DNA from: Vicinamibacteria bacterium
GTDB taxonomy: Bacteria > Acidobacteriota > Vicinamibacteria > Fen-336
Assembly: GCA_035715025.1 (NCBI GenBank)
Contig: DASTLK010000464.1
Coordinates: forward strand, 1 to 32,620
DNA: 32,620 bases
Direction: 5' to 3'
The notes beneath the pieces are model-generated. The model did not search any database. It saw only the letters and a program-made list of their open reading frames with translations, and had not been told where the DNA came from. The stretch's first letter is position 1. Every line of letters starts with the position of its first letter. Positions 9,829 to 18,770 of the stretch are shown here, in pieces. The translations under genes and the position numbers were made by a program.

Positions 9829-9846
9829 CTGACTTAATTAAGTCAG
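9829..9846. repeat. Perfect 18-bp palindrome CTGACTTAATTAAGTCAG
   Basis: Read directly. It contains TTAATTAA, an all-A/T octamer in a very GC-rich context, and lies between the convergent deacetylase and gcvP genes. Confidence 0.95.
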
Positions 9847-9871
9847 CCCAGCGCCGCCCAACAGCCCGCGG

Positions 9872-12385
<2,514 letters not shown>

Positions 12386-12392
12386 CGGCGGG

Positions 12393-12779
12393 TTATTTTG
12401 CCTCGCTCTCCACGTACTTCTGGTAGGCGCCGGCGTCCATGAGAGCGGCGACGGCCTTGGGATCGGCCAGGCGGACCTTGATCATCCATGCCTTCCCGTA
12501 GGGATCGGCGTTGATCGCTTCCGGCGACTGCACGAGAGCGGCGTTGGCCTCCACCACCTCGCCCGCGACGGGCGAGAACAGCTCGGAGACGGCCTTCACG
12601 GATTCGACGGTGCCGAAGGTCTCGTGCTCCTTCAGCTTTCGCCCCACGTCGGGCAGCTCGACGTAGACCACGTCGCCGAGCTGCTTCTGCGCGTAGTCCG
12701 TGATGCCGACGATCCCGTGCTCGCCCTCCACACGGACCCACTCGTGGTCCTTCGTGTATTTGAGGTTGGCTGGGTCCAT
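12393..12779 (-). CDS. gcvH: Glycine cleavage system H protein
   Basis: 128 aa beginning [19 protein letters not shown]... The lipoyl-lysine motif is [17 protein letters not shown] at 12779 is preceded by GGAG. The track fuses it into a longer shadow ORF (12393-13853). Confidence 0.95.
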   Translation of the reverse strand: MDPANLKYTKDHEWVRVEGEHGIVGITDYAQKQLGDVVYVELPDVGRKLKEHETFGTVESVKAVSELFSPVAGEVVEANAALVQSPEAINADPYGKAWMIKVRLADPKAVAALMDAGAYQKYVESEAK

Positions 12780-12787
12780 GAGGCTCC

Positions 12788-13918
12788 TCAGGTGGTGGTG
12801 ACGGTGGTCGCGTGGGAGGGCGCCGCCTTGTCCGGCCTCTTGTAGAAAGGCGTCGGCACCACGCGGGCCGGGACCTTGCGCTCGCGGATGTCGATGGCCA
12901 GCTCGGTGCCGACGGCGGCGCGCGTGGCCGGGACGTAGCAGAGCCCGATGTTCTTCTGCAGGAACGGCGCGTAGGTGCCGGAGGTGACTTCGCCGACCCG
13001 CTCGTCGTGCACGAGCACCGGGTAGCCGTGGCGCGCGATCCCGCGGCCGGTGACCTCGAAGCCGACCAGCTTGCGCGGCGGGCCGTTCTTCTTCTGCTCG
13101 GCGAGCACGGCCCGGCCCGGGAAGTCGCCCTTGGCCTCGTCGAAGGAGACGATCCAGCCGAGGCCGGCTTCGATCAGCGAGGTCGTCTCGTCCATGTCCT
13201 GGCCGTAAAGGCACATCCTCGCCTCGAGGCGCAGGGTGTCGCGCGCGCCCAGACCGGCGGGGACGAGTCCCTTCTCTCCCCCGGTCTCGAGCAGCCGCTT
13301 CCACAGGGCTTCCACCTGCGCGGGCGGCACGAAGATCTCGAAGCCGTCCTCGCCCGTGTAGCCGGTGCGCGAGACCGTCACCGGATGGCTGTCCACCTCC
13401 ACGTCCGCGAAGTGGTAGTACTTCAACCCGCCCAGGTCCAGGGTGGTGAGCGGCCGCAGGATCTCCTGCGCGCGCGGCCCCTGCAGGGCGATCAGGGCAT
13501 AGTCGTCGCTGCGGTTGCGCAGGGTGACGTCCTGCGGTCCCTGCTCCTGCAGCCAGCGGAAGTCCTTCTCGATGTTGCCGGCGTTGACGACGAGGAGGTA
13601 CCGGTCGGCGGCGCGCCGGTACACGATGACGTCGTCCACGGGGGCGCCGCTGGGCATGGGCAGCGCGGAGTACTGGGCCTGGCCGTCCACGAGCCTGGCC
13701 ACGTCGTTCGCGGTCACGCGCTGGAGGAAGGGAAGGGCGCCGGGCCCTTCCACCTCGAACTCTCCCATGTGCGAGACGTCGAAGAGGCCGGCCGCCTTGC
13801 GTACGGCCATGTGCTCGCTGATCAGCCCCGAATACTCGACCGGCATGTCCCAACCGCCGAAGGGAACCATCTTCGCCCCGCTCGCCCGGTGGACGGCGTT
13901 GAGGGGCGTCTTGCGCAT
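12788..13918 (-). CDS. gcvT: Glycine cleavage system T protein (aminomethyltransferase)
   Basis: MRKTPLNAVHRASGAKMVPFGGWDMPVEYSG...SHMGEF... is a typical GcvT N-terminus. ATG at 13918 has GGAGAG upstream. The track ORF extends to an ATG at 13972, 18 codons further upstream, which is an alternative start. Confidence 0.9.
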   Translation of the reverse strand: MRKTPLNAVHRASGAKMVPFGGWDMPVEYSGLISEHMAVRKAAGLFDVSHMGEFEVEGPGALPFLQRVTANDVARLVDGQAQYSALPMPSGAPVDDVIVYRRAADRYLLVVNAGNIEKDFRWLQEQGPQDVTLRNRSDDYALIALQGPRAQEILRPLTTLDLGGLKYYHFADVEVDSHPVTVSRTGYTGEDGFEIFVPPAQVEALWKRLLETGGEKGLVPAGLGARDTLRLEARMCLYGQDMDETTSLIEAGLGWIVSFDEAKGDFPGRAVLAEQKKNGPPRKLVGFEVTGRGIARHGYPVLVHDERVGEVTSGTYAPFLQKNIGLCYVPATRAAVGTELAIDIRERKVPARVVPTPFYKRPDKAAPSHATTVTTT

Positions 13919-13999
13919 GCCGGTGGCGCTCTCCAAGTGCAGTCTTGCCTCCTCAGGGGAACGGAGTTCCACGCTACCACACGGCAGAGGGGGCCGGCA

Positions 14000-15655
14000 A
14001 TGATACGGTTGAAGCCAAAGGATTTATGGCATAGGAATGAACGCGTGAACCCACGCCGGGGCGCCCCCGTCGAGCCTTACGAAGTCACGTGTTGGAACTG
14101 CCTCGGGGATTTCGACGCGATGGGCGCCGTCTGGTGCTCGGACGACCCCAAGAACCCCACCAAGCTCTGCCCGTTCTGCTTCCGGTGCTTCTGCGCGGCC
14201 AGCGACACCTACAAGCAGGAGTTCTGGAGCCACGCGCCCGCGCGCCTGAAGGAGGAGCTCGACATCCTCGCGCGCAGCCGTGACCGGCTGGGCGACATCC
14301 TGATCCGGATGAAGAAGATCACCACCAGCCAGCTCCTCGACGCCCTGGAGGAGCAGAAGGCCACCGGCCACCGGCTGGGCGAGGTGCTGGTCGAGAGCGG
14401 GATGGTCACGCGCGAGGACGTGGCCGCCGCGCTCAAGACGCAGGGAACGAATCCCCTGATGGATACGTTGGGCATCGCCTACGCGGCGACGCCCGTGTGG
14501 GAGCAGGGCGAGCCCGACACCATCCTGCAATACGTCCTCACGCTGGCCGCGCGCAAGGGAGCCTCCGACGTGCGGATCGAACCCAAGGAGGACGCGGTCA
14601 ACGTCCGCTACCGGATCGACGACTTCTTCTTCCGCGTCGATCCCATCCCGAAGAACTTCCAGGATGCGGTCACGAGCAAGCTCCTCGACTTCTTCGGCGC
14701 CTCCGCCGAAGACGCCCGCCGGCCGCTGACCCGCCGGGCCACCACCATCCTGGACGGCGTCGACTACGAGCTCATCGCCCAGACCCTGCCCACGCCCCAC
14801 GGAATCAGCGCCACCATCAAGCTCGTCAACCGCGCGACCTTCCTCAAGGACCTGCCCTCTCTGGGCATGGAGCTGGAGGACCGCGTCCGGCTGCTGGGCC
14901 AGTTGCAGGCCTTTGCCGGCCTGGTGATCGTCAGCTCTCCCCCCTTCAACGGCGCGCACACCACGACCTATTCGCTGATGAGCTTCCTGGTCCGGGGAGG
15001 CCGCGACGTGCTCTCCCTGGAATCACCGCGGCAGTTCCCGATCGAGGGGGCGCGGCAAGTGGAGGTGGCGAGCGCCGAGCAGATGCAGGAGACGCTGCGT
15101 GACATGGTGGCGGTGCGGCCGGAAGCGCTGGTCCTGTTCTCGATGCCCGACGCGGCCACGGCCAGCATCGCCATCCAGCTCGCGACGAGCGTGCTCGTGA
15201 TCGCCGTGGTGACCGCCCAGCGGGCCAGCCAGGCCCTCGTCAACCTGCTCCAGCTCGGCCTGCCCCGCTCCCGCCTGGCCGGTTCCCTGGCCGCGGTGAC
15301 CTCGCAGCGCCTGGCCCGGCAGATCTGCCGCATCTGCCGCGAGCCCGCCGAGCCCCCGGGCGCGCAGACGCTCGCCCTTCACGGGATCGGACCCGAGCAG
15401 GCGCAGGCCCTGCGCTTCTTCCGAGGCCGCGGCTGCCCGAGCTGCAACAAGGTCGGTTACCGCGGGCGGCGGGCGATGTTCGAGGTGATGACCGCTTCCC
15501 CCGAGCTGAAGGACGCGATCGAAGGAGAGCTGGACGCGGCCGAGCTCGAGGGAGTCGCCATGGGCACGGGCATGCGCACGCTGCGCGAGACGTGCCTCTC
15601 TCTCGTGACGGACGGGACCACCACCTTCGACGAGTTCGTGCGGCTCAAGCTGTAG
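14000..15655 (+). CDS. PilB/GspE-family (T2SS/T4P ATPase-like) protein with degenerate ATPase motifs, a T2SSE_N/MshEN-type N-domain and an extra N-terminal Cys cluster
   Basis: 551 aa, the real part of track ORF 12812-15655. Residues 96-148 (RLGDILIRMKKITTSQLLDALEEQ-KATGH-RLGEVLVESGMVTREDVAAALKTQ) fit the tandem MshEN motif. The core ASDVRIEP..VNVRYRIDD aligns to GspE. The Walker A position reads SPPFNGAHTT. The C-terminal CRIC...CPSCNKVGYRGR tetracysteine is retained. The first 15 codons are unusually AT-rich, so GTG at 14045 is an alternative start. Confidence 0.8.
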   Translation: MIRLKPKDLWHRNERVNPRRGAPVEPYEVTCWNCLGDFDAMGAVWCSDDPKNPTKLCPFCFRCFCAASDTYKQEFWSHAPARLKEELDILARSRDRLGDILIRMKKITTSQLLDALEEQKATGHRLGEVLVESGMVTREDVAAALKTQGTNPLMDTLGIAYAATPVWEQGEPDTILQYVLTLAARKGASDVRIEPKEDAVNVRYRIDDFFFRVDPIPKNFQDAVTSKLLDFFGASAEDARRPLTRRATTILDGVDYELIAQTLPTPHGISATIKLVNRATFLKDLPSLGMELEDRVRLLGQLQAFAGLVIVSSPPFNGAHTTTYSLMSFLVRGGRDVLSLESPRQFPIEGARQVEVASAEQMQETLRDMVAVRPEALVLFSMPDAATASIAIQLATSVLVIAVVTAQRASQALVNLLQLGLPRSRLAGSLAAVTSQRLARQICRICREPAEPPGAQTLALHGIGPEQAQALRFFRGRGCPSCNKVGYRGRRAMFEVMTASPELKDAIEGELDAAELEGVAMGTGMRTLRETCLSLVTDGTTTFDEFVRLKL

Positions 15656-15845
15656 GGGGACGGTCGGGCAGGACGAAGGTCTGACGCGCGCGGTCCGACC
15701 ACAGCGTCTCCCGGCGTACGTGATGGCGATGGTGGAACGATCCCGGCGGCAGCCCATCGCCCTCGAAGGCGGCGAGGAGGGCCTCGTCGGCGAGGTCGTC
15801 GAGGGGACTGGCCACCGGTCCGGTGAGGGCGGGCGTCGTCGACAT
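15645..15845 (-). CDS. Small hypothetical ORF (66 aa) immediately downstream of the RHH gene
   Basis: The ATG at 15845 lies 1 nt after the RHH stop. High GC3 over about the first 40 codons, then declining. The 3' end overlaps the convergent PilB-like gene by 11 nt. No recognised motif (..LLAAFEGDGLPPGSFHHRHHVR..). It could be a gene remnant. Confidence 0.3.
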   Translation of the reverse strand: MSTTPALTGPVASPLDDLADEALLAAFEGDGLPPGSFHHRHHVRRETLWSDRARQTFVLPDRPPTA

Positions 15846-15846
15846 G

Positions 15847-16164
15847 TCAGGGTCTCCGCGTCCGGGCCGGGGCCTTGCCCTTCCCGCGGGCAGCGGTCGC
15901 GGCGGGCCGTTCCACCAGGCGATGGCTGTCCGCGGCCTCGAGGTCGAGCCCGTAGATCTTCTCGAGCTCGCGGATGCGCCGTCGCGACTCCGCGCCGAAG
16001 GGCGGCTTCCCCTCGAAGGCGTGGAGGACGATGCCTTCCAGGAGGTCGCCCAGGGAGATGTCGTAGAGCTCGGCCAGGGCCTTGAGCACCTTGAGCAGGC
16101 GCTTCTCCAGGCGCAGGCCCGTCTGCACGCGCTCGACGACCCGGCGGTCCTTGGTTGGTACCAT
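15847..16164 (-). CDS. Ribbon-helix-helix (CopG/Arc-like) DNA-binding protein, putative
   Basis: 105 aa from ATG 16164: MVPTKDRRVVERVQTGLRLEKRLLKVLKALAELYDISLGDLLEGIVLHAFEG. This shows a beta-strand then two-helix pattern with a basic C-terminal tail. The track ORF starts further upstream at a TTG (16200). Confidence 0.5.
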   Translation of the reverse strand: MVPTKDRRVVERVQTGLRLEKRLLKVLKALAELYDISLGDLLEGIVLHAFEGKPPFGAESRRRIRELEKIYGLDLEAADSHRLVERPAATAARGKGKAPARTRRP

Positions 16165-16178
16165 GGTACATATGTACC
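16157..16178. promoter_or_regulatory. Overlapping palindromes with three GTAC cores spaced 8 bp, spanning the RHH start codon
   Basis: GGTACCATGGTACATATGTACC. GTACCATGGTAC (16158-16169) and GGTACATATGTACC (16165-16178) are both perfect palindromes. Confidence 0.4.
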
Positions 16179-16198
16179 ACGATAAACTGGATCGGCGC

Positions 16199-16276
16199 AA
16201 CGGACGGAGACGGACACGGGCACGGAGACGGGACCGGCCGATCCCGATCCCGTCTCCCTCTCCGTCTCCGTCCGTT
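16199..16276. repeat. Long imperfect inverted repeat (hairpin) made of hexamer-periodic GACGGA/CCGTCT units; possible terminator or REP-like element after cmk
   Basis: The outer 16-bp perfect stem pairs AACGGACGGAGACGGA (16199-16214) with TCCGTCTCCGTCCGTT (16261-16276). The inner 10-bp perfect stem pairs GGAGACGGGA (16224-16233) with TCCCGTCTCC (16248-16257). Confidence 0.75.
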
Positions 16277-16291
16277 TGGCGATCCGCGGTC

Positions 16292-16957
16292 CTAGCGAAG
16301 AGCCTCGACTGCGGCCAGCATGCGCCGGACCACCTCTTCCAGGCCCAGCTCGGTGGTGTCGAGGTGGATGGCGTCGGCCGCGCGCGTGAGGGGCGACTCC
16401 GCGCGGGTCGAGTCGGCGTGGTCCCGCTCGCGGATCTCGCGCTCGATGGTGTCGAGGTCGGAGGGAAGGCCGCGCTGGGCGAGCTCCTCGTGGCGGCGCA
16501 TCGCCCGCTGGCGAGGGTGCGCGTCCACGTAGAACTTCACGTCCGCGTCCGGGAACACGGCGGTGCCGATGTCGCGGCCGTCCATGACGACGCCGCCCGC
16601 CTGACCCATCTCGCGCTGGCGCGCCACCATGTGACGGCGCACGGAGGGGTGCACGGACACGCGTGAGGCCGCCGCTCCGACCTCCTGCGTCCGCAGGGCC
16701 GACGTCACGTCCTGGCCGTCGAGAATCACCGCGCCCCCCGGCTGGAGGTCCAGGCGGACCCGCCCGGCCAGGGCGGCCACCGCCGCGGCATCGTCGAGCG
16801 GAATCCCTTCGCGCAGCGCGGCCAGCGCGAGCGCGCGGTACATGGCGCCGGTGTCGAGGAAGACGTAGCCCAGGCGCTCCGCGACCGCCCGCCCGGCCGT
16901 GGACTTGCCCGCGCCCGAAGGCCCGTCGATCGCGACCACCAGGCCGCGCGGCCTCAC
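16292..16957 (-). CDS. cmk: Cytidylate kinase
   Basis: 221 aa. VVAIDGPSGAGKST P-loop, then LGYVFLDTGAMYRA, typical of Cmk. Its start overlaps the rluB stop by 4 nt. Confidence 0.93.
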   Translation of the reverse strand: MRPRGLVVAIDGPSGAGKSTAGRAVAERLGYVFLDTGAMYRALALAALREGIPLDDAAAVAALAGRVRLDLQPGGAVILDGQDVTSALRTQEVGAAASRVSVHPSVRRHMVARQREMGQAGGVVMDGRDIGTAVFPDADVKFYVDAHPRQRAMRRHEELAQRGLPSDLDTIEREIRERDHADSTRAESPLTRAADAIHLDTTELGLEEVVRRMLAAVEALR

Positions 16958-17781
16958 GTCCGGCCCCGCTTGGGGCGACCTCGCGGTGGACGCCCTCGCG
17001 GTGGGCGAACGCCCTCCCGCGGCGGACGACGGTGCTTGTCTTGCGGGGGCGCGGCCGTTTTCACGCGTGCGCCGGGCGGGGCGATGAGGCTCTTGACCTC
17101 CGACGGGGTGAGAGACCGGAACTCCCCGGGCTTGAGCCCGCGCGAGCTGAGACGGCCGATGCCCACGCGGCGAAGCTTGGACACGGGGTGCCCGACCGCC
17201 TCCAGCAACCGGCGCACCTCGTGCTTCTTCCCCTCGTGGAGGGTCAGCTCCAGCCAGGCGTTGTTCTCAGCCTCCAGGACGCGCACACGATCCACGGTGA
17301 GGTGCTCGCCCTCGACACGGACCCCCCTGCGCAGCCGCTCCAGCGTCTCCGCGTCCGGGACCTTGTGCACCTTGGCGTGGTACACGCGGGGCACCTCGTA
17401 GCGCGGATGGGTGACGCGCTCGGCGAAGGCGCCGTCATTGGTGAGGAGGAGGAGGCCCTCCGTGGTGATGTCCAGGCGGCCGACGGGAAAGAGACCGGCC
17501 ACCGCAGGCACCAGCTCCATCACGGTGGGGCGGCGCTGCGGATCCTGGCGGGTGCTGACGTAACCCTTCGGCTTGTTGAGGAGGAGGTACACGGGAGCCG
17601 CGGGCGCCTGCACCCGCGCCCCGTCCACACGGATGTCGTCGCGGGCGGCGTCGGCCTTCGTGCCCAGCTCCGTCACCGTGTGGCCGTTCACGCTCACCCG
17701 GCCCTGGGTGATGGCAGTCTCGGCGGCGCGCCGCGAAGCGACTCCGGCGCGCGCGAGGATCTTCTGAAGCCGTTCTTCCAT
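16954..17781 (-). CDS. rluB: 23S rRNA pseudouridine synthase, RluB/RsuA family (S4 domain plus catalytic domain, Arg/Pro-rich tail)
   Basis: 275 aa. RLQKILARAGVASRR (S4), YLLLNKPKGYVST and GRLDITTEGLLLLTNDG (catalytic Asp motif). Confidence 0.88.
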   Translation of the reverse strand: MEERLQKILARAGVASRRAAETAITQGRVSVNGHTVTELGTKADAARDDIRVDGARVQAPAAPVYLLLNKPKGYVSTRQDPQRRPTVMELVPAVAGLFPVGRLDITTEGLLLLTNDGAFAERVTHPRYEVPRVYHAKVHKVPDAETLERLRRGVRVEGEHLTVDRVRVLEAENNAWLELTLHEGKKHEVRRLLEAVGHPVSKLRRVGIGRLSSRGLKPGEFRSLTPSEVKSLIAPPGARVKTAAPPQDKHRRPPREGVRPPRGRPPRGRPKRGRT

Positions 17782-17859
17782 TCATGGGGATGATACCGCG
17801 CGCGGGGGGCACGTATCGGGGGCCGCGCGTCGGCCCGAAGGCGCGGAGAGTGCGCCCGC

Positions 17860-18720
17860 TCAGTAATGCCGGAGGGTGAACGCGACCAGGACGTTGCTGC
17901 CGTCGACGATCTCGACCGTGACCGCGCTGTCGAGGACGAGGTCGGTGAGGAGCACCGATGTCGTCCCGTTGCGGGCGATCGCGCCTTCCGATGGTTCGAG
18001 CACGTCGCTGCTGGTCACGCTCCGCCGCCAGCGCAGGCCCGTACGTGCGGTATGCGCGGTGACGTCGAAGGTGAGCGATCGGGAGGTGTTGAACCCCACC
18101 GGGCAGCTCTGATTGACGTTCACGGCGTTGACCTCGATGCACTCGCCGCTCACCAGGGCCGTCGGCTTCACGATGGTCAGGCTGCAGTTGCCGGCCGCCG
18201 TCGCCGGTGCGCTGCAGGTCACGGGTGTGGGCGTGGGGCTGGGAACGGGCGTGGGCGTCGGGGACGGAGAGGGAGACGGCGACGGAGATGCGGACGGGGA
18301 CGGGCTCGGGGACGGGCTCGGAGAGGGTGAGGCACTCTGGCTCGGGCTCGGAGACGGAGAGGGGCCCGGAGACGGGCCCGGTACCACCCTCACCTGGACC
18401 GTCGCCGTCGCCTGCGACGATCCCGTGCGCGCCACGAGGTTGAAGCTGGTCGTCCATGTGGGAGTGACCTGGCGCGTGCCCTTGGGCGTGACGGTGCCGA
18501 TGCCGTTGTCGATCTCGATGGTGTCCGCGCCGTCCACCTCCCACGTCAGCGTGGCGGCCGCCCCCGAATTGATGTCCGCGGGCGTGGCGACGAACTTCTG
18601 GATGGCGAGCGTGGAGGGCTGGGTGAACTCCTTCACGATCCCGCAGCGCAGCAAGGCGATCCCCAGGAGCACGAGGACGATCGGCTGGACGACGCGCCGC
18701 ACGAGCCGGGTATCGGGCAT
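17860..18720 (-). CDS. Membrane-anchored or secreted two-domain protein with a long Ser/Pro(/Thr) linker, hypothetical
   Basis: 286 aa. N-terminal hydrophobic anchor VVQPIVLVLLGIALL. An Ig-like segment (ATLTWEVDGADTIEIDNGIG). A linker of about 54 residues of the (SP)n/(TP)n type. A Cys-containing C-terminal domain. Confidence 0.7.
   Translation of the reverse strand: MPDTRLVRRVVQPIVLVLLGIALLRCGIVKEFTQPSTLAIQKFVATPADINSGAAATLTWEVDGADTIEIDNGIGTVTPKGTRQVTPTWTTSFNLVARTGSSQATATVQVRVVPGPSPGPSPSPSPSQSASPSPSPSPSPSPSASPSPSPSPSPTPTPVPSPTPTPVTCSAPATAAGNCSLTIVKPTALVSGECIEVNAVNVNQSCPVGFNTSRSLTFDVTAHTARTGLRWRRSVTSSDVLEPSEGAIARNGTTSVLLTDLVLDSAVTVEIVDGSNVLVAFTLRHY
18220..18381 (-). repeat. Hexamer-periodic CCGTCN/CCGAGC repeat tract encoding the SP/TP linker
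   Basis: Encodes PGPSPGPSPSPSPSQSASPSPSPSPSPSPSASPSPSPSPSPTPTPVPSPTPTPV. It uses the same hexamer vocabulary as the elements at 1785-1798, 16199-16283 and 19470-19517. Confidence 0.85.
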
Positions 18721-18733
18721 AGAGAACCCTTTT

Positions 18734-18762
18734 AAAGTAAGGGGTTATACCCGATATGTCAA
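18734..18762 (-). promoter_or_regulatory. Candidate sigma70-like promoter in an AT-rich island (TTGACA-17 nt-TACTTT)
   Basis: On the minus strand, TTGACA is at 18762-18757 and TACTTT at 18739-18734. The predicted transcription start would be only about 7 nt before the ATG at 18720, so the mRNA would be nearly leaderless; this lowers confidence. Confidence 0.3.
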
Positions 18763-18770
18763 GTAGTACT

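Noticed and set aside
9829-9846. The palindrome read as an artificial six-frame stop linker joining two contigs.
   Set aside because: Not rejected outright. However, translating it shows stops in only two of the three frames in each direction, unlike designed linkers, and there are no flanking Ns. It is kept as a finding with an assembly check suggested.
13919-14044. Possible glycine riboswitch upstream of gcvT. The minus strand contains CTGAGGAGGCAAGAC and TGGAGAGCGCCACCGG, which resemble pieces of the RF00504 consensus.
   Set aside because: The pieces are in the wrong order for a single aptamer. The available leader is only about 80-125 nt and the GGAGAG abuts the start codon, so it is more simply the RBS. 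A covariance-model scan (Infernal, RF00504) of 13900-14100 on the minus strand would settle it.
12393-15655. Fused track ORFs 12393-13853 (-) and 12812-15655 (+).
   Set aside because: Only the gcvH part (12393-12779) and the PilB-like part (14000-15655) show real protein features. The rest is shadow frame over gcvT.
18220-18381. Repeat tract considered as a CRISPR-like or minisatellite array.
   Set aside because: The period is 6 nt with no spacers, and it is in frame within an ORF encoding an SP/TP linker. It is coding low-complexity sequence, not a CRISPR array.
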